From the NCBI RefSeq assembly GCF_035084215.1, contig NC_090340.1, positions 4,774,001-4,838,000 of the forward strand: a stretch of DNA of 64,000 bases, in the 5' to 3' direction. This document shows, one piece after another, positions 25,859 to 36,619 of this stretch (positions are counted from its first letter, which is position 1; the number at the start of each line of letters is the position of its first letter). This stretch comes from Heptranchias perlo (taxonomy: Eukaryota). Under the pieces are notes generated by a model. It was not told the DNA's origin and did not search any database. It worked only from the letters and a program-made list of their open reading frames with translations. The position numbers and the translations under genes are program-made.

Positions 25859-25957
25859 GCAACACACTCACCGCCAGATTATCATCTGATCTCTGAGTCC
25901 CACGCACCCTTCAGTGTTACCAGAAACGAGTGATGAAGTTCATCGCCGTTGCTCAGA

Positions 25958-26012
25958 ATGTCTGCGCTTGATATGCTGCTGTACCTCGCAGCCCTGGCCA
26001 TTATTTACACAG
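25958..26012 (+). CDS. Copy 2 exon 1: signal peptide MSALDMLLYLAALAIIYT
   Basis: ATG, hydrophobic core, phase-1 CAG|GT donor; conserved in all three copies. Confidence 0.75.
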
Positions 26013-26208
26013 GTTTTTGTATACGTGCCTTTTAAATATTAAAGTGTGAATAATAAGTCCATTAGCAGTATGGAGGCAGCTTCTCTTAAATGTTTATTGC
26101 AGTTTACTCATTTCCTTTCGTTCTAATTCTGCCGCATTATTTCTTCCCTTTTAATCCTCACGATCACTATTCCCGACTGTAACCTGTGCTTGTGTTTATT
26201 TCTGACAG

Positions 26209-26529
26209 TTATTAATGGGACCGCTCTCACAGTGACTCAGTTCCCCGCCCGCGTGACTGCGGTGAAAGGTACAAATGTCTCCATTTATTGCTTTTTCGCG
26301 CTTTTGGATCGCAACGCATTGGTGGATGTTTACTGGCGGAGAGCCGGCCAGGACGGGATTTTGGATTCGAGTGCAGACAAAAGGAAAACATTTACACCAT
26401 TGAAGAAAGAATCTGCCGAGTTTCACCTGCTGAATGTAGGTTTCCAGGAATCTGGAGTCTATTATTGCAGCATCAGAGATTGGAGAGGAAAGATTTCCAA
26501 CGGGAATGGGACTGACATTATTGTGTATG
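26209..26529 (+). CDS. Copy 2 exon 2: V-set Ig domain with germline-joined J-like GNGT motif
   Basis: LTVTQFP...NVSIYC...VYWRR...ESGVYYC...GNGTDIIVY; ctgacag| acceptor and |gtgagt donor, phase 1-1. Confidence 0.93.
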
Positions 26530-29500
26530 GTGAGTATCGCTAATGGAACTTCGTAAAATTCTATGGGTATAGATTGGAGAATATTTAACAAAGATCAGAA
26601 ATGTATTTTCTGACAGGACTTTTGATGTTTCTCTCAGTTCGGTGCGGTGCAGCTCCTTTCCACATATTTGCAGTGAATCCTGTGAGTTTACACAGAGCAG
26701 CACCGATTACCCTGCACGGGGCAGTGGAATTCAGATTATCTGACTTCAGTCAATCGTTGTTCTCTTATCCCGTATAATTTATATAAATCTGTTTTACCTT
26801 TTTTTCATTAATTCTCTGGAAGTGGACATCGCTGGCACGGTCGGCATTTATTGTCCATTCCTAGTTACCAAGATGGCGGTGGGTCTGCTCCTTGAACCAC
26901 TGCAGTCCATGTAGTGAAGGTGCTCCCACAGTGCTGTTAGGTAGGGAGTTACAGGATTTTGACTCAGCGATGATAAAGCAAGGAAAATATATGTCCATGT
27001 GAGCATGATGTGTGACTTGGAGGGGGGGATCTTGGAGGTGATGGCGTTCCCATGCACCTGCTGCCCTTGTCCTTCTTGGTGGCGGAGGCTTCGGGTTTGA
27101 GAGCTGCTGTCGAAGCAGCCTTGGCGAGTTGCTTCCGTGCATCCTGTAGATGGTGCGCCGGTGGTGGACGGTATATAAGGTGGTGAAATAAGTGCCGACT
27201 AAGCAGACTGTTTTTGTTCAGGATATTGTTGAGCTTCTTGACTGTTGTAGCTGCGCCATCCAGGCAAGTGGAGAATATTCCATCAAACTTCTGACTTGTC
27301 GGTGGCGGTGCCGCTTTGGGAAGTTAGGAGGTGAGTCAGTCGCCGAGGCAGACCCAGCGTCTGACCTGCTCGAGGAGCCGAAGCATTTATGTGGCCATTT
27401 ATATCACATATTTACAAATCGATAGTGTTGAATGAGATTGTTTGTGTTTACTTTTATACCTATATCGAATAAGAAAAATGTGTCTTCGATTCTGAACAGA
27501 ATCCTGCTTGGAATCACTTCCTTCAATCCTCTAATCACTGAGGGACCGCTCCCGACCCACTTTTTACCGCACTCCAAAGACCAACAGTAACTCTCCCCGA
27601 GTGCTTGCCAATTCAAACGTGGGACACAACAGTGAGATTGTCAATATCTATCGCCAAATAGATACAAGTACTAACACACAGACAGATAAAAAGGACAGGG
27701 GGTGGGGGGTGTAGAGGAGAACACGACAAGGCGAGGAGCGAGCAAAGAAAAATCAACTGGACAGAGAGGATTGACAGGCTAAACACTGAACAACATTTTA
27801 CTGCATAAAACAATAGATTTTATTTACACTTTGGATTCATTGTGCTTGCTAATAGATTTGATTTACAGAGATAGATAAATTAGCTCTGATAGATTTGTTA
27901 TCGATTGATAGATTTGTTTATATGGGAAATAGATTTTAGATGTTGACAGGTGGGAATGGGTTTTTCAAGCATTGGATAAGGAACATTTACATGAAACAGA
28001 ACTATGTGCCGCGAGGCCTGTGAGTGGATCATTTGCTGTTCAAGCTCAGTCTGTGTCTCCAGCAAGATCTCGGCGGTGAAGCCAAAGTATCTCCCATGGA
28101 TCCCGGTGCCAGAGTGGTAATCGTGATTCAAAAAAGGGATGGAGCAAATGGTTTGGAAGACACATTAGTGACACAAGATCATCGAAGGAAAAGAAGTTAA
28201 CAAGGATCTGTAATCATCACCTGCAGGTCACGTGGAGATAACTTTCTCACTGGGGAGTGATGACATTTAGTGGATCGACCAATTGTTGCGATGCAGTTTG
28301 GGATGCAGACGAAGGTACTTTTATGACCGGAATGGGATCACTGTCATATACCTCGAAAAAAATATGGATTAATTACATTTTGAACTCGGGGCTGAAATAT
28401 TCCTGATCACTCAGTTGGTGACTGATGAGTTTACTGTTCTCACCGAGCGACAGGTTAGTTGAGGGAGGGGCCGAGCTGTGGGCATCTGAAAGGAGTTGAG
28501 ATCCTGAAAATCAAATACCGGCTTGTAAAATGGGATTTTAATCGATCTAAATGCAAAAGTCGAGTGTTGAATAGGATGGAGATAAAGTTAATACGAACAT
28601 TGAATAATTACTCCCGCAATTCTAATATCAAACTTTAACCTCGTCAGTCTGAAGTTCGAACAAACAGCATGAGGTTCAGGATTATTCTCAAATGAGGAAT
28701 TGTTGATAAACCGAACAAGATAAAGTGACATGGAAAGAGAGAAGACAAGGAGCGAGTGTGTGGGAGCGTTGGGAGGGAGTGAAAAATACAGAAGGATTGG
28801 ACCTTGATCATTTTTTAAATATGATCGATTGGCCCATGGATGATGCAGATAGATAATGGGGTTTAGGATGGAACGGAATTCCACATTTGCCTATTTAAAA
28901 GCCATTGTCTCGGCCACAGTAGGAGCAGTGCGCGAAATTTTGATGTGAATGAGAGGGTGTAAGATTTATTTCCTTGGTGATATCCGTCCTAGATCTCCTG
29001 AGTCAAAAGAAATTAAAGTGAGACCCAGTAGACGGGATCTCCGACGAGTCCCACTGGTGATCAAGGGGAATAAATGTAGAAAGAGTAAAAGGATTTTCGA
29101 AGATTTGTTTCACTCAAAGGGTTATTAGAGCGTGGGGTAGATCGGCAGAAGGGTTATTGAAGGAAATCAAACACAGGGATTAGGGGGGAATTACATTAAT
29201 ATTAATGCGGGGGTGGGCAGAGTACAGCCCTGAGGTAGAGAACTCTTTCTGAGCTTAAACTTCTCTAATTTAACCGGGAAGTAAATGGACACGGAACACG
29301 GAGACAGTAAAATTCAGCGAGACTCTGCCGATGAATGGGTCACAGATGGGTCACTCAATGAGGATTCATATTGCGCCAGCAAGGATCCCAGTCGGAAACT
29401 GAGATCCGTCGACTTACTTGATCCTTAAGAAGTGGTGGATACGGATCTCTGTAACTGCAGAATATTGGGAGGTTGGTAAATTTGATCCTACTTTGGCGCC

Positions 29501-30128
29501 TCTCCCTTTTAATTCGTGATATCGGAAACGAACAAAGACTTGAAATAATTCACACAGAGCGAGAACCGGGGTCAGGACTGGAACATTATCTGGGGAATGA
29601 ATCGAGTGAGTGAGCTCTGGTACAGGACAACTGGACGCGTTTTAGACCTAAACAACGAGTCCCAGACTGGAACAGAGACAATAATTTCCTTCATGCTTTT
29701 GTATTAATTTATCACTCTGTCAGTGAAACCATATTATAGAATACTGTCTCCCTTTTAGCAACGCAGAAACCGATTTAGAACGTAGGCCTAAATCACAGTG
29801 AAACACCAGCAGAAATAGACACCGCGAGATTGAAGAGATCCCACGGGACTGTTTCGGTTTAACTCGGACTTAAATTCATTTCAGTGCCAAGACATGGGGC
29901 CTTCCCGTCACCGAGTGCTGGATAAAGACAAGAACGAAATAAATATCGCCATGTTCTGTTTCAAGCAAATCAAGCGTTCGTTATTAATTCTAATATGGCG
30001 GTAAAATTTCCCTCTTAAAGGGACTCTGCAGATGCTCCATGCTCTCCCTTCTCGCCGTCTGTTCTTTCCTTTGTCCAATGTAATATACGAGTAGTGATTT
30101 CAACTCAATTCCTTTATCTCCTTTCCAG

Positions 30129-30410
30129 TGCCGCCAACTCCTGTGAAGATTACCCGTCTGCTCTCTCCGTCTCTCACACTCCTCTGTACAACGGCCGTTT
30201 TTTTCCCCGAGGAGTGAAACCTCACTTGGTATCAAAATGGCTCCAAGATTACATCTGGGATAAACTTGGTGGAAACACGGAGCGAAGAGGGATTGTATCA
30301 AGTTTCCAGCTCCCTCATCTCTGAGCAGAGTGGGACGGTTTATATCTGCCAGGTGTCCCATGCCTCTCTCCCGGCTCCAGCCAACGCCAGCTACACGGTT
30401 CGTGATCCGG
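30129..30410 (+). CDS. Copy 2 exon 3: C1-set Ig domain with premature TGA
   Basis: LTLLCTTAVFFPEE*NLTWYQN...GLYQVSSSL...YICQVSHASL; phase 1-1, 282 nt. Confidence 0.9.
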
Positions 30411-30699
30411 GTAAGAGACCCACCATCTCACCACTGCAGTAAGCTGTATCTGTATTACATATAGGAGTGATTCAGGGACTTACAGTGTCAAAAAAGCTTT
30501 TGAGGCGGCCCCTCACAGTGCTCACTGTGCAAGAAGGATTCCTCCGCAATTGAACGGCGGATCCATGTTTGGTTGGGGAATTAATTGCCTTCTCGTTGAC
30601 AGTGGGTAGACTTTAATAGTTGTGGGACAATGCAGCCAGTCAGGATACGTGGAGGAGTAACAGAAGTTGGTACTTGCTGGTCAAAATGTTGAAATGAGC

Positions 30700-31760
30700 C
30701 ATACTTTCGAAACACAATACCTGACGTAATGCAATGAGCGGGGAAACCCATCTCCACTGCCCAGCTCTTCAACTACATGGGCAGGTCCTCCATTGTCTGC
30801 TACTAGAGGGGTCCATTAGCGATCGCTGTAAGAATTGCTCTTCTTGATTCATATCAATCATCTGGTTGAAGGCGGCCACTAGTTCACTGATGGTACAAAT
30901 ATCTGCTGATGTCAGAACCCTTAAGGAGAAAACATTAACAATCGGATCTAGATGCGATAGGGGAATGGGCCTGTATCTGGCAGATGACATTTAAAGTAGA
31001 TAAATGTAGTCTAATGCATGTGGGGAGGTTTAATACCAAACATGTGTGTACAGTGCTAGGCTCTGAATTAAAGTCTGTTGAGGGGCAAAGAGACATGGGT
31101 GTTAGTGTCTGAATCTCTAAATTCCACGACCAAGGCCGAGGGGTGATGACCAAAGCTAGTAGAATATAAAGATGTATAGCCGGGACAAACCGATAGAAAC
31201 AAAGAGCACCATAATGTCCTTTCCCTTGAGCAGAACCCATCTGCAATATTGTGTCCAGTTCTGATTCCCTCATATGGTGAGAGTTATAAGGGCATTGGGG
31301 AAAAAGTTCAGCGCAGAGCCACGAGATTGATATTATTTTAAAAACCCTTAGTTATCACGATAGGTTCAAGGATTTGGGTATTTGTACTGTCGAAAAGCGT
31401 AGACTTCGGGATATTAATTGAACGATGAAGGGACTGGACTGTGTACACGTGGATAGATCACTTGAATTAAATTGTTCGCGAGAACGAGGGCTCGTGGGTA
31501 CATGTCATTTAAGCACAGAATAAGGTTAGATATCTGGAGGATAGTCATCGTCCAGAAAATCACTGACCTTTGGATTAAGTCGAAGTCTCGTGTGGTGAGT
31601 GCGGATTTTCTGCAAAGGTACAAAAGGAGCTGGACGAGTTCCTGAAGGAGGCTGATATCGTTGTGTACAAAAGATAGGTGTGATGTTGCATGACGGCCCT
31701 CAAGGTCAATGTTATTTACTGGAACTCGTTTCTCATCACCTTAGGGTCGGAGAGAAATCT
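30700..31760 (+). mobile_element. Ancient CR1 remnant in C1-TM intron
   Basis: WQMTFKVDKC-like and KELDEFL-like remnants; paralogous at about 16260-19360 (split) and 60430-61480. Confidence 0.6.
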
Positions 31761-32209
31761 CCTATAATTCTGTAGGGGATTTTGCCTCTCCCTGGAGACC
31801 AATCGGCACAAACAATCACGGGGAGAGAGACAGACAGACACATCCATACAAAAAGACACCGCCCCCTCCCGCTAAACCCCACCCCCCACACCCCCCGGCC
31901 CCCACACCCCCACAACAAGCACACAAATATTACATACACATAATGAACAAAACTGCATAATCATTAATTAAATACAATTATTAATCCGAATTAAATGCTG
32001 ATATTTTCAGGCATGGAAAGTCCCGGTGTGCTTTACACTGCGCTGTACTTTGGCCGTTTGATGCTGAGATACGATGGAGTCGCCTTAGTATCTCGATGAG
32101 AGGCGATAGCTGTGATATGTCGGTGCTGCCTGATATCTGACGTTGATTAAATATTTCGCAATATCTCGCCTACAAAATGCTAAAATTCCAATTTCTCTGT
32201 CCCTCTTAG

Positions 32210-32323
32210 CTAACGGCAACAGTACTTTCCTCTACTCCCTGGTGTCGGGGTGTGCAGCAGGCGGGTTAATAATTCTCGTGCTGGTAATTCTTGTCAAGCG
32301 ATGCAATTTCGTCAGAACTGAAG
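32210..32323 (+). CDS. Copy 2 exon 4: transmembrane exon (uncharged TM)
   Basis: ANGNSTFLYSLVSGCAAGGLIILVLVILVKRCNFVRTE; tag| acceptor and |gtaaga donor, phase 1-1. Confidence 0.9.
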
Positions 32324-32919
32324 GTAAGAACTGACACGATCCTGATTCAGAATTAGGTTTGTTAGTTAAATTTCAGCACGGCGGCAGCGAGGGGGAGGGC
32401 ACGGTGTCTCGGGCCCAGACTGGGATCTAGATTTTGGGAGCGGTGTCCGTTACACTAAGTGAGTTTATGTTCCTGGGGCCGAATCTTGTGACGAGGGTCA
32501 GACCTTAAACCCAAGAGATCCCTCAGAATAATTTCAGCAGGTCTGAACATTAAAGCGACCCGTAGTTTCGGTTCGAACTTAGTGCTTTGCAACAACTGAA
32601 GGTGGTGATGTGAATCGTTTACAGTAAATGTAGGGTTGTGTCGGGAGGGGCGACAAATCTGGGGTAAAGGGCGGTGGAACTGGTGATGGGAATGTGACAC
32701 GTGGTATTCGGTTGCAAAAGGCTTCGGATCTCGCCCAGCAACAGTACCGGATGTGACGGGTCAAGTTCTAATCAGGAGAATTGAGTGACCGTTCAGATCA
32801 TTTTCTATTGATCGGTGATTCTGATCACTTTGCGGGAATGTTGGGTATATTTTGGCGGACACATCGCGCATCTGGTTCATGGTGAAATTGACATTGGTCT
32901 CAATTTATTTCTCTGCTAG

Positions 32920-32963
32920 ACACGGAGATTAGTGAGGAGAGAACCGGCCACTTCGAGGAGCAG
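32920..32963 (+). CDS. Copy 2 exon 5: cytoplasmic exon DTEISEERTGHFEEQ
   Basis: Pyrimidine tract with tag| acceptor and |gtcagt donor, phase 1-0; near-identical exon at 62642-62685. Confidence 0.8.
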
Positions 32964-33494
32964 GTCAGTGTCATGCTTGTGTAACGAGAAATAGACTGCT
33001 ATTGCCATCTAATGCATATTTATACCACATTTAAACCGGTATCACTAGGCCATCAGGACGGCTCTCAATAACTGCGGAGCACACCGTCAACACTTGCGGG
33101 TTTATTGTTCCCCAGAGACCTTCGTTCAGCTGAAAGTGTGGTCTCTGCCCTGTCAGTGCCGCGATTGTATCTGTATTAATGCAGCACTCCAATTGTGGCA
33201 GGCGCCGTTGTAGATATTCGTGTCTTGTCAGTGCGGTCGATTGGCTATTCACCTATGGGAGCGTCATAGTTTTGTTCGATCCTGTTCTCACTTGACATCT
33301 CCACCCATGAACTTTCCAGCAGGGTCTGTGGGTGTTGACTGGGACGGAATGCTGGCCGAGATTGTCCCCATCCTGACCCAAAGGCACCGAAACCAATTGT
33401 CTATCTTGAGATGAGCAAGCTCAGAACTCGGAAGTGCATTAACTACTCAACAGCACAGGGGCCAGGCCTTGACCTATATTTGTCAATGTATATT

Positions 33495-35245
33495 CTCAAT
33501 GATGGCGGAGTCCAGCACGTGAGTGCAAAAGACAAGGCTGAAGCGTTTGCAACCATCTTCAGCCAGAAGTGCCGAGTGGATAATCCATCTCAGCCTCCTC
33601 CCGATATCCCCACCATCACGGAAGCCAGTCTTCGGCCAATTCGATTCACTCCACGTGATATCAAGAAACGGCTGAGTGAACTGGATACAGCAAAGGCTAT
33701 GGGCCCCGACAACATCCCAGCTGTAGTGCTGAAGACTTGTGCTCCAGAACTAGCTGTGCCTCTAGCCAAGCTGTTCCAGTACAGCTACAACACTGGTATC
33801 AACCCGACAATGTGGAAAATTGCCCAGGTATGTCCTGTCCACAAAAAGCAGGACAAATCCAATCCGGCCAATTACCGCCCCATCAGTCTACTCTCAATCA
33901 TCAGCAAAGTGATGGAAGGTGTCGTCGACAGTGCTATCAAGCGGCACTTAATCACCAATAACCTGCTCACCGATGCTCAGTCTGGGTTCCGCCAGGACCA
34001 CTCGGCTCCAGACCTCATTACAGCCTTGGTCGAAACATGGACAAAAGAGCTGAATTCCAGAGGTGAGATGAGAGTGACTGCCCTTCACATCAAGGCAGCA
34101 TTTGACCGAGTGTGGCACCAAGGAGCCCTAGTAAAATTGAAGTAAATGGGAATCAGGGGGAAAACTCTCCAGTGGCTGGAGTCATACCTAGCACAAAGGA
34201 AGATGGTAGTGGTTGTTGGAGGCCAAGCATCTCAGCCCCAGGGCATTGCTGCAGGAGTTCCTCAGGGCAGTGTCCGAGGCCCAACCATCTTCAGCTGCTT
34301 CATCAATGACCTTCCCTCCATCATAAGATCAGAAATGGGGACGTTCGCTGATGACTGCACAGTGTTCAATTCCATTCGCAACCCCTCAGATAATGAAGCA
34401 GTCCGAGCCCGCATGCAGCAAGACCTGGACAACATCCAGGCTTGGGCTGATAAGTGGCAAGTAACATTCGCGCCAGATAAGTGCCAGGCAATGACCATCT
34501 CCAACAAGAGAGAGTCTAACCACCTCCCCTTGACATTCAACGGCATTACCATCGCCGAATCCCCCACCATCAACATCCTGGGGGTCACCATTGAAAAGAA
34601 ACTTAACTGGACCAGCCATATAAATACCGTGGCTACGAGAGCAGGTCAGAGGCTGGGTATTCTGCGGCGAGTGACTCACCTCCTGACTCCCCAAAGCCTT
34701 TCCACCATCTACAAGGCACAAGTCAGGAGTGTGATGGAATACTCTCCACTTGCCTGGATGAGTGCAGCTCCAACAACACTCAAGAAGCTCGACACCATCC
34801 AAGATAAAGCAGCCCGCTTGATTGGCACCCCATCCACCACCCTAAATATTCACTCCCTTCACCACCGGCGCACTGTGGCTGCAGTGTGCACCATCCACAG
34901 GATGCACTGCAGCAACTCGCCGTGGCTTCTTCGACAGCACCTCCCAAACCCGCGACCTCTACCACCTAGAAGGACAAGGGCAGCAGGCGCATGGGAACAA
35001 CACCACCTGCACGTTCCCCTCCAAGTCACACACCATCCCGACTTGGAAATATATCGCCGTTCCTTCATTGTGGCTGGGTCAAAATCCTGGAACTCCCTTC
35101 CTAACAGCACTGTGGGAGAACCGTCACCACACGGACTGCAGCGGTTCAAGAAGCCGGCTCACCACCACCTTCTCAAGGGCAATTAGGGATGGGCAATAAA
35201 TGCCGGCCTTGCCAGCGACGCCCACATCCCGTGAACGAATAAAAA
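33495..35245 (+). mobile_element. Young LINE family A insertion in last intron of copy 2
   Basis: RT ORF continuous except one TAA at 34143-34145; flanked by tatatt at 33489-33494 and 35256-35261; absent in copy 3. Confidence 0.93.
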
Positions 35246-35464
35246 TATATATATATATATTGCAGAGAATTTCTCCGGCTGGGAATTATTTTCCTTCCTT
35301 GTCCTTATCCGGCCTTTTATTACACCGCCAGCGCCATTTGAGCAATCACCTGCACTGATCAGACTTACCCAATCCTTAACCGATGCCATTGGGTTTTAGT
35401 GGCCCTGTACGGTGCTGTTTGTGATTTGATGTGAAGCTAATCTTTCTCCAAAAACTTTCTTCAG

Positions 35465-35635
35465 GCTGTGGGAGGAAGAGAGGACGGGAGTCCGTCTTAC
35501 GCTGTTATCAACTTCAGCGGTCACAGGAACATTGGAAAACCCAGAGGTGAGGAAGATGGAACCGTCTATGCCCAGGTACAGTCGAGAAACGGAGCAGCCC
35601 ATTCCAACCAGGAATGGTCCGGTACTGGCGTCTGA
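35465..35635 (+). CDS. Copy 2 exon 6: terminal cytoplasmic exon with PSYAVI and ITSM TVYAQV
   Basis: ctttcttcag| phase-0 acceptor; 56 aa plus TGA; gap-free paralog at 63448-63618. Confidence 0.85.
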   Translation, partial: AVGGREDGSPSYAVINFSGHRNIGKPRGEEDGTVYAQVQSRNGAAHSNQEWSGTGV

Positions 35636-36619
35636 CCTCAGTAATGCACATTGAAGTCATAGAACGCTTCGTGTGAGTAACAGATCCTATTGATCTTTCA
35701 TTGTTGCTTCCACAGACCAAGCAAGGGACGGATTGTACACTGACTAACGCGTCTCCGGATCTGACCGGCTCCCAGAAAATGGCAAGAAGGAAACAGAAAG
35801 AAAACGTAGCGGAGTATGCGGCGATCAGGATCAACAAACCAAGGGAAGAATACGGGATTGTATAAACACCAGCAAATGTCCAGTGATGTTAAAGTCACAC
35901 AGGGGCTGACAACCTTGGCGTCTGTAGTCGACACCTACCTGTATTTAGTGGGGTGTTTGTAAACCGGATTGTCATTTATTGGAATGAGAGAAGGAGTAGC
36001 AGCTTTTACTGGCAGAGTGACACTGCGATTTGGAGGTTGCGCTTATTCTTGAAATCTGCACTTCCAGTGAATGGAGGAGTCAATGCTTAACTCTTTTATA
36101 GGTTTCAAATAGGACCAAAGGAAATGGGAGCGTCTTGTTTCGTAGGGTGGAAATCGATGAGGCCAGTTATTGTGGGTCAGTTCTGTTAATTTAGAAGGAG
36201 TGAGCAGTGGAGTTTATTTTGGGCCTGTGTCGCGAATATACCGGATTTCGGGGAGGGTTCTGAATGTATTCCATCTAAATATTAAATCATTATCAGGCTC
36301 CTAACGGGCCAACTGAATGGTGTTTGGTGACTGGACATCAATTACCGCGGCCCTTTCTGTGCAGAAACAACTATTCCTTCAGTTTGCTTTAGCGAAATTC
36401 ACACTTTCAATGTTGAGAAATCTTTTCACTCCCGATTTCGCTCTTTCTGGATGCATTTGACACTTTTAATCAAATCTGTCCCAGTGCCGAACATTTCCGT
36501 CTCTGGTTATTTTAATCACTCAGTTTGCCTCTTGTGACAGGAATGAACCAGGTGTTTTCGAATGTGCAGTGGGACAGGCCTGGGACCGACTCCGGCTCCC
36601 TGCCTCACTGTGAAATTCA

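Larger units (their letters stand above)
25958..35635 (+). pseudogene. VJ-C1-TM-ITIM/ITSM Ig-superfamily receptor, copy 2 (one in-frame TGA; possibly functional through C1 skipping)
   Basis: Six exons with canonical GT-AG and compatible phases, 987 nt in total; the only lesion is TGA at 30215-30217. Confidence 0.85.

Noticed and set aside
26228-26234. CACAGTG heptamer (also at 29794 and 59471) as a V(D)J recombination signal
   Set aside because: No convincing ACAAAAACC nonamer at 12 or 23 bp, and the position is wrong (inside the V 5' end or deep in an intron). The V already includes its J-like strand.
30215-30217. TGA as selenocysteine or programmed readthrough
   Set aside because: Paralogs have Phe/Leu rather than Cys here; no SECIS or readthrough context was recognised.
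26209-30410. Germline-joined Ig light chain or TCR gene
   Set aside because: No FGxG/WGxG, short V, and C1 splices to an uncharged TM plus tyrosine-motif tail. IgL has no TM, and TCR TMs carry charged residues.
33411-35186. Long RT ORFs as host genes or an autonomous element
   Set aside because: 5'-truncated LINE with no endonuclease or ORF1 and an internal stop.
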